Shown here piece after piece: positions 20,455-29,531 of a stretch of 64,000 nt of DNA. The stretch covers positions 1 to 64,000 of the forward strand of contig CBFIBM010000006.1 of assembly GCA_965660855.1 (NCBI GenBank), in the 5' to 3' direction. Each line of letters begins with the position of its first letter. The first letter of the stretch is position 1. The position numbers were made by a program, and so were the translations under genes. Source of the stretch: an uncultured bacterium (GTDB lineage Bacteria; Fidelibacterota; Marinisomatia; Marinisomatales; UBA1611). The notes beneath the pieces were generated by a model. That model saw only the letters and a list, made by a program, of their open reading frames with translations. It made no database searches and was not told the origin of the DNA.

Positions 20455-20604
20455 ATGAATTTTATAATTAAATATCGTTTTTTTTTCTTAATAGTAATTT
20501 ATTTTTCACTAAGTTTTTTTGGCTTTGAAGATATAGCAACCATTGTTTTTTTTATCGCAATTTTAGACTTATCCAATGTTATGAGTAAAAATAAAAAAGA
20601 CTAA
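20455..20604 (+). CDS. Small 49-aa membrane protein (not in the ORF track)
   Basis: ATG 3 nt after the LRR gene stop; MNFIIKYRFFFLIVIYFSLSFFGFEDIATIVFFIAILDLSNVMSKNKKD has two hydrophobic segments. Confidence 0.45.
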   Translation: MNFIIKYRFFFLIVIYFSLSFFGFEDIATIVFFIAILDLSNVMSKNKKD

Positions 20605-20934
20605 GGATTAAATTCCTTTTTCCATTTTTCTCTTAATATTTTCTTCTACTTTCCTTTAACCCTGTTCATAATTTCTACAGCAGTGTGTCTTTTTATAATA
20701 TATCAATTAACCAATCCATTCTTTATAAGTAACTTTTTTATTTCTTTCTTTTCTTTATCAGCCATAACCTTTTCTAAATGGTTATTGGAAGCTAACATAT
20801 AAAACTTTCTTTGTTACTTGATTTCAGTTTTATTTTTTTAAAATATATCTTTTGAACCTCCATTTCAGTCATATTCTCCTCCCAAACATTGTTCCAAATA
20901 TTTATCAGAACTTTCTTGTTCATATTTTTATCAT

Positions 20935-21357
20935 TTATAATTGATTGATTCTTTTATTTAAGACTTTAAAGAATGAATTAACATCTCCTGCCATTTTATC
21001 TAATTCTGCATCATTCACTAAAATAGTATATTTATCGTTATTTTTAAGAATAACGCAAGGTGCTTTGCTGTTTGTAATGTTCATTAAGTTTGATGACCGT
21101 TCGTTTATATGAATTGTCTCTAAACTAATTTTTAATTTTTGAACATTTTTTTTCCATTCAAGTTTTTCAAAAAAAGTATTATGAGTTATATTACATAATG
21201 AGCATTTTACTTTAGAAGTATATTTTTTCCATATATAACTTATCTCACCAAAAAGGCTTCCATTAGCATTATAAATACAATATATTTTTAACTCTTTCGT
21301 ATCATCTAAATGTTCTGAGCTACCAGATTGATGCATTTTATAATTAATGTTTACCAT
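20935..21357 (-). CDS. Hypothetical protein with a CxxC motif (thioredoxin-like/uncharacterised family)
   Basis: IYNANGS...CSLCNITH...W; overlaps the upstream ORF. Confidence 0.65.
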   Translation of the reverse strand: MVNINYKMHQSGSSEHLDDTKELKIYCIYNANGSLFGEISYIWKKYTSKVKCSLCNITHNTFFEKLEWKKNVQKLKISLETIHINERSSNLMNITNSKAPCVILKNNDKYTILVNDAELDKMAGDVNSFFKVLNKRINQL

Positions 21358-21646
21358 TATTATCCTGTAAATTTTTCGTTATTTTTGGTAATAATCGTTT
21401 GTTCAATGAAAAAAAAGGATGCCAATCCCACATCTCTTCGAGGATAAAATTATAACCACCATCAGTAATTCTTGCTCGCTTTCTAATATACATTGATAAT
21501 TTTAAATCATATTGTATAATCTTATCTTTATGTAATTCAGAGGATTCGGTAATGAGTAAATCTCTTTTTTTAATATACTTAAAAAAAAGTTTATCTATTG
21601 TATCTAGCATTTTTTGCTGATTTTTGAATTTTGCTTTAGCTGACAA
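21344..21646 (-). CDS. Hypothetical protein
   Basis: 100-aa ORF overlapping the next gene; no recognisable motif. Confidence 0.5.
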   Translation of the reverse strand: MSAKAKFKNQQKMLDTIDKLFFKYIKKRDLLITESSELHKDKIIQYDLKLSMYIRKRARITDGGYNFILEEMWDWHPFFSLNKRLLPKITKNLQDNNGKH

Positions 21647-22038
21647 TATAATTTTTCTTTTAATGAAAAAATATCATAAAAAACTATGTATAACAGTTTA
21701 TAAATGATTAAAAACCTAATTGAAAATAACTTTGAATACCTATATTTTTCATACTGTTTATATTTTTTAAATCCCATCTAAATATTAAATTATTTTCTTA
21801 GTAACTCTTTCTTTTGTTTTTACCGTTTCATTTGATTGAGTATATTTACTTAACAAACAAGGCTGGAAATGAAAAATACTGTATTTTTTTATCTCACTTA
21901 TTATGACCTTCTCTCCTTTGAAAATACATATTTAACAGGATCTTAAAATGTTTAAAAATTGGGGATATTACATTTTCACAATTAATGATTTGAGAGCTTA
22001 TTAAAATTAGTTCTATTAAAAGAAAGAGAAAAAAAATT

Positions 22039-23082
22039 ATGATAGATCAATCAAAACCAGTTTTAGTTACTGGTGCAACAGGGTATATTGCTGGTTGGGT
22101 AGTAAAAAAATTACTCAATCTTGGGATGACAGTGCATGCTGCAGTTCGGGATATTTCTAAAAAAGAAAAATTAATATATTTAGATGAGCTTGCAGAAAAC
22201 TCAAAAGGTAGGATTGAATACTTTGAAACGGACCTTTTAATTGATGGATCCTATCAAAATGCAATGGAGGGCTGTGAACTGGTATTTCATATAGCTTCTC
22301 CTTTTATAATGGACTCAAAAGATCCACTAAAAGAAGTGATTGACCCTGCTCTAAATGGAACAAAAAATGTCCTTAACTCTGTAAATGTTATTAAGTCTGT
22401 AAAAAAAGTGGTTTTAACAAGTAGCGTTGCTGCTATTTACGGTGATAATATTGATTCAAAAAAAGTACCCGGTGGTGTTTTTGATGAAACAATGTGGAAT
22501 AAAACTTCAACGCCTAATTATGGTGAATATAGTTATTCAAAAATGATAGCTGAAAAAGAAGCATGGAAAATTTATGAAAGTCAAAATAGATGGGATCTTG
22601 CGGTTATTAATCCTTCTTTTGTTTTAGGCCCATCAATTAACCCTTATTCAAATTTCGAAAGTAAAAAATTCATGTTACAAATGGGCAACGGTGATCTTAA
22701 AAATGGAGTCCCTGACATTGTTTTGGGTGCTGTTGATGTTAGAGATGTCGCAGAAGCACATATTAAAGCAGGTTTTGATAAGAAAGCTAAAGAACGTTAT
22801 ATTTTATCAAATGAATCTGTTAGTATGCTTGAAATAGCTACATTTATTAAGAATAAATATGGTGATAAGTATCCTATTCCTACTAAAAATGCTCCAAAAT
22901 TTCTGGTTTGGCTCATCGCTCCTTTTATTGGTGTGAAACGAAATTTTATCAAAAATAATGTTGGATACCGTGTGGATTTTGATAATAAAAAAAGTAAAAA
23001 TATATTAGGAATAAAATATACTCCCATTGAAAAGGCTACAACTGATTTTTTCCAACAATTTATTGACCATGACTTTATTTAA
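22039..23082 (+). CDS. NAD-dependent epimerase/dehydratase family (aldehyde reductase/DFR-like)
   Basis: VLVTGATGYIA, HIASP, TSSVAA, YSYSK and VDVRDVAEAH motifs. Confidence 0.9.
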   Translation: MIDQSKPVLVTGATGYIAGWVVKKLLNLGMTVHAAVRDISKKEKLIYLDELAENSKGRIEYFETDLLIDGSYQNAMEGCELVFHIASPFIMDSKDPLKEVIDPALNGTKNVLNSVNVIKSVKKVVLTSSVAAIYGDNIDSKKVPGGVFDETMWNKTSTPNYGEYSYSKMIAEKEAWKIYESQNRWDLAVINPSFVLGPSINPYSNFESKKFMLQMGNGDLKNGVPDIVLGAVDVRDVAEAHIKAGFDKKAKERYILSNESVSMLEIATFIKNKYGDKYPIPTKNAPKFLVWLIAPFIGVKRNFIKNNVGYRVDFDNKKSKNILGIKYTPIEKATTDFFQQFIDHDFI

Positions 23083-23117
23083 GCCTACTACATTATTTTA
23101 AATAAAATAAAACCAAA

Positions 23118-23318
23118 TTGAACGAAAAAACTTTATTAACACTTATATTGCTTTTTCTTTCATTTATTTGCATAGTAAATATTCTTTTATTCTTTAAAAA
23201 CTACAAAAATAAAAACACCTTAAAAAAGACTCCAAGACTCAGTCAGAATATAGCTGAGGCTATGGCAAGCAAAATTAAATTTGAATCTATTCAACATAGA
23301 AAAAAAAGAGATAATTAA
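23118..23318 (+). CDS. Small single-TM hypothetical protein
   Basis: N-terminal hydrophobic helix, basic tail. Confidence 0.45.
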   Translation: MNEKTLLTLILLFLSFICIVNILLFFKNYKNKNTLKKTPRLSQNIAEAMASKIKFESIQHRKKRDN

Positions 23319-23427
23319 TAGAAATTCATTTTCTTTCCCAATCAAGTTACCAAAGTTCGGCTTTCTTAACATAGGCTAATTAATAAAATACATTTTGCAT
23401 TAAGCTAATTAATTCTTTTAATTTTAA

Positions 23428-23447
23428 TTGAGCGTTTTGAGCGTTTT
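23428..23447. repeat. Tandem direct repeat TTGAGCGTT x2 upstream of the DUF4397-like gene
   Basis: TTGAGCGTTTTGAGCGTTTT seen directly; GC-containing repeat in an otherwise very AT-rich intergenic region. Confidence 0.5.
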
Positions 23448-23470
23448 AATTAAAAATAAAAGGAAATAAA

Positions 23471-25123
23471 ATGAGAAATAATATTATCTCACTGTTATGT
23501 TTACTCTCCATTACATTTGGATCAAAACTTCAGTTGATTAATGCTGGTATAAATTCAAATGTTGTAGTTTACGCTGGCGATTCAAAATTAGACAAAAATT
23601 TGGCTACCGGTGAAAATCTGATTTTACAATCTAGAAATCAGAGTACAGAAATAACCCTAGAGTCAAAAAAAACCAATTTCAGTTATAGTTTCAATATAAA
23701 TGAATCATACGAATCTGATAATGTTATTGCAGTAATGATTGGATCTGAATTAAAGAAAGATAATAATCTTCAAATTATCCAAACAAAAATGCAAGAAGAT
23801 TCAAGGTCTAAAAGAACCATTGATGTGATGTTAATGAATACGTCATCAGAGAATGATAATTTTGATTTGTACGTTGATGGCTCTTTAATTTGCGAAAATT
23901 TGGGTTTTGGGAAATACAGTGATTACATTCAGATACCAAACAACTCAAGATTAATCAGTCTACACAATCATAGGGAATCCAATGCAATTGCCAAATATAA
24001 TATGCCTGAGAAAAACCTAAGTGGAAAAGCCGGTACACTGATCATAAACAATAATAATGAATATTTTAATTTGGTTTTAACAATGAGTAATGGAGAGTCA
24101 TTAGCTCTAGACGCAAAAGTAGGTTCGATAGTCGAAAGAAATCTAGCCGAAACAAATCAAAATGACCCAATAGTGGAAATTCGCGAGACAGCACAAGTGC
24201 AAATTGTCCATAATTCTCCATCCCCTGATGTGGATATTTACGTTGATGGTACGTTAGCAGTTGAAAATTTTAGCTATCGTTCCAGTACAGGTCTAGTCAA
24301 TTTACCATTAAATACCGTAGTGGGTATTGCTCCAGCAGGTGATGATATAATTGCTGAGTTCCCATTTGCACTTGAACAAGGAGTAGATTACATAGTAGTA
24401 GCATCAGGGATTTTAAATAATACAGAAACTCCGTTTACATTATTAGCTTCCACGTTAAATCAGGAGGCACAGGATAATGAAAGCTTTGCATTGAAAGTAC
24501 TCCACGGAGTTACGGATGCTCCAGCAGTAGATATTTATGCTAATGGAAGTTTGGTAATTGATTCACTAGTTTATGGTGATTTTACAGACTATTTACAATT
24601 ACCAGTAGGCAACTATACAATTGATATTACTGCGCATGGTGCACAACAAGCAGTAGCTTCATTTAGTGCTCCACTTACAGGTCTTGGTGGTGGAGCTGGT
24701 ATCTTGTATGCCTCTGGTTTTCTTGCAGGAGCAGATACAGATCCAGCCTTTGCGTTGGTACTTACTACCCCAAGTAGTTACGTTGTTGAACTTCCTGCAA
24801 CAGAAACCTACTTAAAAATTGATAATATATTTACGGCGGAATTAAATGAATTTACATTATCGTCCAACTACCCAAATCCATTTAATCCTATTACTTCAAT
24901 ACGGTATAATTTAAAGACCGACTCAGAGGTTACTATCACTATATATGACTTGTTAGGAAACGTTATCAATAAATTATTTAAAGGCACCCAAAATGCAGGG
25001 TCTAAAAAAATAAATTGGAATGCAACTAACAACGCAGGAGATCAAGTAAGCTCTGGTGTCTATATTTATAAAATAGAGACTAATAATTCATCCAATTTTG
25101 GAAGAATGATGTATCTAAAGTAA
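23471..25123 (+). CDS. Secreted DUF4397-like repeat protein with FlgD/T9SS-like CTD
   Basis: Signal peptide; repeats VQIVHNSPSPDVDIYVDG and VLHGVTDAPAVDIYANG; NYPNPFNP...SSGVYIY...MMYLK. Confidence 0.8.
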   Translation: MRNNIISLLCLLSITFGSKLQLINAGINSNVVVYAGDSKLDKNLATGENLILQSRNQSTEITLESKKTNFSYSFNINESYESDNVIAVMIGSELKKDNNLQIIQTKMQEDSRSKRTIDVMLMNTSSENDNFDLYVDGSLICENLGFGKYSDYIQIPNNSRLISLHNHRESNAIAKYNMPEKNLSGKAGTLIINNNNEYFNLVLTMSNGESLALDAKVGSIVERNLAETNQNDPIVEIRETAQVQIVHNSPSPDVDIYVDGTLAVENFSYRSSTGLVNLPLNTVVGIAPAGDDIIAEFPFALEQGVDYIVVASGILNNTETPFTLLASTLNQEAQDNESFALKVLHGVTDAPAVDIYANGSLVIDSLVYGDFTDYLQLPVGNYTIDITAHGAQQAVASFSAPLTGLGGGAGILYASGFLAGADTDPAFALVLTTPSSYVVELPATETYLKIDNIFTAELNEFTLSSNYPNPFNPITSIRYNLKTDSEVTITIYDLLGNVINKLFKGTQNAGSKKINWNATNNAGDQVSSGVYIYKIETNNSSNFGRMMYLK

Positions 25124-25145
25124 ACACCTCCAAGTTAATCAATAG

Positions 25146-25171
25146 AAAACCCCACTAATGTGGGGTTTTTT
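25146..25171 (+). terminator. Intrinsic terminator
   Basis: AAAACCCCAC-TAAT-GTGGGGTTTT followed by further Ts, after the DUF4397-like stop. Confidence 0.85.
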
Positions 25172-25225
25172 GTTTTTACAAACCTCATTAAATTTTATAC
25201 TAGAATGTTTTAAAAGGAAATTAAA

Positions 25226-26131
25226 TTGAAAAGAAGAAATTTTATAAAAACCGGAGTTATAAGTTTAACTGGAATTTCTATTTCACCGTTTATGTTATCT
25301 GCTAGAGACTGTACTCTAACATCCGCAGATATTGAAGGTCCTTATTGGTCAGAGAATCATCCAAATAGAACTATTTTAGCAAATCCTGATGAGCCTGGAA
25401 CAAGAATTTTTATTTCAGGTGTAGTATTATACAATGATTGTGAAACTCCAATAGAGAACGCAATAATTGATGTTTGGCATGCCAATGATAATGGATGCTA
25501 TACGGTATTTCAAGAATGTCAATCTGGGAATACAGATCAAGATCCATATAATTTACGGGGGTACATGAGAACAGATGAGAATGGAAATTATGCTTTTGAG
25601 TCTATTTTGCCAGGCTATTATTCAGGGCGTCCAAGGCATTTTCATTTCAAAATTACATCCCCATCTGGATTTGAACATATTACCCAATGTTACTTTCAAA
25701 ATGATCCTAGTATTGATGAAAATTGGGAAGAAAATCATCCTGGATTAATTATTCCACTCGAGGAGACAGAAAGTGGTTTCATTGGAAATTTTGATATAAT
25801 ATTAGATGAAATCTTATTAAATACAGATTATAATAATTCAAAATCATTATCTAGAAATTTCAAACTACAATTGCCCTACCCTAACCCGTTTAATAATTCT
25901 ATTAATATTCAATTTGAAATATTAAACCCAGGAAATGTTAATATTAATATCTATGATGTTAATGGTAAATGGATTACAACTTTAGTTAACAAAAATATTA
26001 GTTCTGGTATGCATTTAGTAAAATGGAATGGCCTAGATTCAAGGGGAATGGAAGTCGCATCTGGCCTCTATTTAGTCACTATGAAATTTGGAGAAAATGT
26101 AAAAACAAAGACATTGAATCTTGTTAAATAA
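25226..26131 (+). CDS. Intradiol ring-cleavage dioxygenase-like protein with Tat signal and FlgD/T9SS-like CTD
   Basis: MKRRNFIK; EGPYW, DVWHAN..GCY and PGYYSGRPRHFH (Tyr/Tyr/His/His iron ligands); PYPNPFN...ASGLYL...LVK. Confidence 0.8.
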   Translation: MKRRNFIKTGVISLTGISISPFMLSARDCTLTSADIEGPYWSENHPNRTILANPDEPGTRIFISGVVLYNDCETPIENAIIDVWHANDNGCYTVFQECQSGNTDQDPYNLRGYMRTDENGNYAFESILPGYYSGRPRHFHFKITSPSGFEHITQCYFQNDPSIDENWEENHPGLIIPLEETESGFIGNFDIILDEILLNTDYNNSKSLSRNFKLQLPYPNPFNNSINIQFEILNPGNVNINIYDVNGKWITTLVNKNISSGMHLVKWNGLDSRGMEVASGLYLVTMKFGENVKTKTLNLVK

Positions 26132-26133
26132 TC

Positions 26134-27123
26134 ATGAATAAAAAAAAATTACTATTTGGAACTTGGCTAAATTATATAGAACAATCTGATTCTCAATGGC
26201 TAAAATTTTTTGAAAAATTTAATGAAGCTGGCATTCAAAATTTTTTTGTGCATGGTACCCCAAAAAATCTTACATCTTTAATTTCTTTAACAAATAATAC
26301 TCCAATCAATATACATGGTTGGATTTGGACCTTTAATAGACCTAATGATAAGCTAGCAATGAAAAATCATGATTGGTATTCCGTAAATAAAAATGGCGAA
26401 AACAGCTATGATTCAAGACCATATGTTGACTATTACCAATGGCTTAGTCCTTTTAGCTATGGTGCAGTAGAACATATAAAAAATAATATTCTTGAGATTG
26501 CAAATATTCCTAATATAGCTTCGGTTCATCTTGATTATGTCAGGTATTGTGATGTCTTTCTACCAAGTACATTACAGGTTAAATATGATATAGATCAAAA
26601 ATCAATATTGCCTCAATATGATTTCGGATATCATAAAAATGCAAGAAATCATTTTTATGAGTTATATGGTACCGATCCAATAAATATCAAAGATAAAGAT
26701 CTTTATAGTTTATGGACTAGATTCAGACATAATGCTATCACTAAAGTAGTCCGAGAGTTAAAAAACATTGCACACAACAGTGGAACCATTTTATCAGCAG
26801 CTGTTTTCCCAACTCCTGAGATGTCTAAAAGAATGGTTTTACAAGATTGGGGCAATTGGGAGCTTGATATTGTTAGTCCAATGAATTATCAACATTTCTA
26901 TGATGAAGATACTGATTGGATTGGTAGAAATGTTAAAATTGGAGTTGAAAAAATTGAGCGAGATTGTAAATATCTATGCGGATTATTTGCTGGCTCATTA
27001 GATCTTTTTAATTTTGAAAAAGCAATTAATGTATCTTTAGAAAATAAAGCAGATGGGGTTAATTTTTTTAGTGCTTCAGGATTATCTGATGAGAAGCTAC
27101 GAATCATTAAAACTTTTAATTAA
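26134..27123 (+). CDS. Glycosyl hydrolase-like 10 (DUF187/YddW-like) protein
   Basis: IHGWIW, VHLDYVRY, LSAAVFP, QDWGNW and PMNY motifs. Confidence 0.75.
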   Translation: MNKKKLLFGTWLNYIEQSDSQWLKFFEKFNEAGIQNFFVHGTPKNLTSLISLTNNTPINIHGWIWTFNRPNDKLAMKNHDWYSVNKNGENSYDSRPYVDYYQWLSPFSYGAVEHIKNNILEIANIPNIASVHLDYVRYCDVFLPSTLQVKYDIDQKSILPQYDFGYHKNARNHFYELYGTDPINIKDKDLYSLWTRFRHNAITKVVRELKNIAHNSGTILSAAVFPTPEMSKRMVLQDWGNWELDIVSPMNYQHFYDEDTDWIGRNVKIGVEKIERDCKYLCGLFAGSLDLFNFEKAINVSLENKADGVNFFSASGLSDEKLRIIKTFN

Positions 27124-27140
27124 AGAAAGGAACTTAAAAA

Positions 27141-27332
27141 ATGAGTAATAAAAAATATCGAGCTCTTAAAAACGGAAATAAAGCCGAAGAATTAGACGCA
27201 GCTGTAAATTTAATTATAAGAACTAAGTGCCCTGAAAAATGGATTATCGAAGATTTAGAGACTGGACAAAGATATCAAGCAAATGGAAATACGGAAATTG
27301 GAAAAATGTTCACACCTCTACCTGAAAAGTAA
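27141..27332 (+). CDS. Small hypothetical protein
   Basis: AAAGGA RBS; 63 aa with TKCPEKW..EDLETG. Confidence 0.65.
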   Translation: MSNKKYRALKNGNKAEELDAAVNLIIRTKCPEKWIIEDLETGQRYQANGNTEIGKMFTPLPEK

Positions 27333-27341
27333 TATTTTATT

Positions 27342-28175
27342 TTAAATACTAAAAGATCTTGTAATATTAAATCCAAAAAACATATTAGATCCACCTCTAG
27401 ATTTCTCGATATAAGAACTTTCATACGTTCCCTGTGCATTTGTCAACAAGAGTTGAAATACGTGCCCTCCTGTCTCAATATCACAACCAAAACCCCATGA
27501 TTGATTATAAGAACCTACTCTCTCTCCTAAGGGGAAAAATGTATCAACGTTAAGTGAAACTCTTTTTGTTACTTTAGCTCTACCTCCAATTCCCATAGAG
27601 TAAAGACGATTATAAATCTCATGCCATTGAATACTATTTTTATGAATTACTGTTGGCATTATTTGAATTGAAATACTTTGGTTTATTTTACGAGCTATTA
27701 AAAGTTGAGCATCATAAACTAGCCGATTATTGAACTTTTCATTTTTATTAATCATAGCGATTTCTACCTTAGAGAATAAAACTACCGAAGCTAGAGAGAA
27801 CCGTTTCTTTGATTTTTGAGATAACAATTTTATTTTATAAAACAAATCATATGTTTTCATAAAACTACTTCTTCCAAATCCTAAACTAAATTTTTCATTA
27901 ATCCCATAACTAAGATCAAACCTTACTGAGGCTTCATCCAAACCATACAAATCATAGAATCCATTTCTCATTGATCCAAATCTATGAAATATAATGAATT
28001 CTAGAGTATTCTTACGTGCCATCTCAACAGACTGAGCATTAACGATGCGTGTAGCTTTAAAAGTACCTTGAACTGCAAGAGAAGGTGTTTCAATATCATC
28101 TATGTAAGAGAAAAGATCCTCTTGTGAAACACATATTGAACTACCAAAAAATATTATAAAAATAAGTTCTATCAT
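27342..28175 (-). CDS. DUF5777-like outer-membrane beta-barrel protein
   Basis: FKATRIVNAQSVE, HRFG and DIETGGHVFQLLLTN motifs; C-terminal GFNITRSF. Confidence 0.75.
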   Translation of the reverse strand: MIELIFIIFFGSSICVSQEDLFSYIDDIETPSLAVQGTFKATRIVNAQSVEMARKNTLEFIIFHRFGSMRNGFYDLYGLDEASVRFDLSYGINEKFSLGFGRSSFMKTYDLFYKIKLLSQKSKKRFSLASVVLFSKVEIAMINKNEKFNNRLVYDAQLLIARKINQSISIQIMPTVIHKNSIQWHEIYNRLYSMGIGGRAKVTKRVSLNVDTFFPLGERVGSYNQSWGFGCDIETGGHVFQLLLTNAQGTYESSYIEKSRGGSNMFFGFNITRSFSI

Positions 28176-28708
28176 TTTTTCTTCAATTCTAAATTCATTT
28201 TTATTTCAACTGACTCTGCAATATTTTTTATTAAAATTTTGGGAATTTTAACATCGTAGTCTTCTAGTTGTATTCTGAAGGTAGCATTGCCATTTACTTT
28301 ATTATTGTTTTTATAAATTACACCAGTTTCTTTTATAAAATTAGTCACACCATGAATTGTCATTTCTCCAGAAATAGAGACCTCTTGAGGTTGATTTGTT
28401 ATCACAATTTCTTTCCAGTTATTTATACTACCATTAAAAAGTGCATTGGGATACTTTTCTGATTCTAAATAATTCTCATTAAAATGCTCCTGCATGAGGC
28501 CATTGGGAAAAACAAAACCTCTAATTGGTATTCTAAATGATGTTTTACCAGTTTCTGTATCTAAGACACAAGTTACTTGATTATTCTTAGCCTTAATATC
28601 TTCAATTGGAGTCGTGGAAAAGAAAGATACAAAACCAGATCTAGTAAAATATATACCGTTTGAGAATAAAGGGCCTAAAAATACAAAAACTATAATTATT
28701 TGTTTCAT
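28172..28708 (-). CDS. YceI-like (polyisoprenoid-binding) protein
   Basis: FFSTTPIEDI, LMQEHFNENYLESEKYP and GEMTIHGVT motifs; ATGA overlaps on both sides. Confidence 0.85.
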   Translation of the reverse strand: MKQIIIVFVFLGPLFSNGIYFTRSGFVSFFSTTPIEDIKAKNNQVTCVLDTETGKTSFRIPIRGFVFPNGLMQEHFNENYLESEKYPNALFNGSINNWKEIVITNQPQEVSISGEMTIHGVTNFIKETGVIYKNNNKVNGNATFRIQLEDYDVKIPKILIKNIAESVEIKMNLELKKK

Positions 28709-29058
28709 TCACATTCCATATTTAGAAACACATCTAAAACGGATAAATTTTCATTTGATAATTTTTCTCCACCAAGAGGCATAAAACCTGATGAATTTTG
28801 ATCTCTTTGTACCCTATTAATGATGTTCTCAATTCCATTTCTGACATCGTTATAATTATTTGTTTTAATAGCTCCCGAAGGGCTACTCCCTGAATGGCAA
28901 CCATTACAACTTTGGGCCATAATAGGAGCGATAGTTTCATTATAATAATTTTCAACAACAGAACAGTCTACATTGATTGATTCATCACTGTCTGAGATAT
29001 TATTTGTACAGCTAATGAAGAAAATTTTAAAAAAAAATAAGAAAAAATATTTAAACAT
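28705..29058 (-). CDS. Monoheme cytochrome c lipoprotein
   Basis: Lipobox FISC; CNGCH heme motif; distal MP. Confidence 0.8.
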   Translation of the reverse strand: MFKYFFLFFFKIFFISCTNNISDSDESINVDCSVVENYYNETIAPIMAQSCNGCHSGSSPSGAIKTNNYNDVRNGIENIINRVQRDQNSSGFMPLGGEKLSNENLSVLDVFLNMECE

Positions 29059-29123
29059 AAACTATCCTAATAATTAATATAAAACAATTTGCTATTTTAC
29101 GGTATGTAAATATAGTATTAGAT

Positions 29124-29516
29124 ATGACACGAGGTGAAATGAATTGGAAAATAGTACGATCTGTAATTCCTATAATTGCATTATTTACTTTTTTATATTA
29201 CACCAAATCACTTCAAACTAATTATGCATCTCAAAAACCAGTTTTAACTACCGATGCTTCATCTCTGTTTTGGAGATTTCAAATGAATGAAGCAAAGGAC
29301 CTTATTAACCAGGTCGTCCAAATTGAAGGGGAGGTTACTGGGTATGATTCAACATTACTTATTTTGAATAACAGCTTAGTATGTTCTCCAGAAAATAATG
29401 AAAAGTTTAATATAGATATTGGTGAAAAAATTGTGGTAAAAGGAAGATGTATTAGCTTTGATGACCTATTATTAGAGCTGAGGCTGGATCATGTTATTCT
29501 TGTACAAGAAAAATAA
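29124..29516 (+). CDS. OB-fold (tRNA_anti-like) membrane-anchored protein
   Basis: N-terminal TM; VVQIEGEV and IVVKGRCISFDDLL. Confidence 0.6.
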   Translation: MTRGEMNWKIVRSVIPIIALFTFLYYTKSLQTNYASQKPVLTTDASSLFWRFQMNEAKDLINQVVQIEGEVTGYDSTLLILNNSLVCSPENNEKFNIDIGEKIVVKGRCISFDDLLLELRLDHVILVQEK

Positions 29517-29531
29517 AATTTGATTCAATTT

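Noticed and set aside
20605..20934. Minus-strand fragments (a 43-codon ORF, then MADKEKKEIKK... interrupted by TGA and TAG) as another selenoprotein
   Set aside because: No redox motif around the TGA, no recognisable family and further stops follow; at most a decayed gene.
11220..25136. Shared 11-mer ACCTCCAAGTT (anti-Shine-Dalgarno-like) beside two terminator hairpins (11220-11230 and 25126-25136)
   Set aside because: Chance 11-mer matches are expected in 64 kb, and the orientation relative to transcription differs between the two sites.
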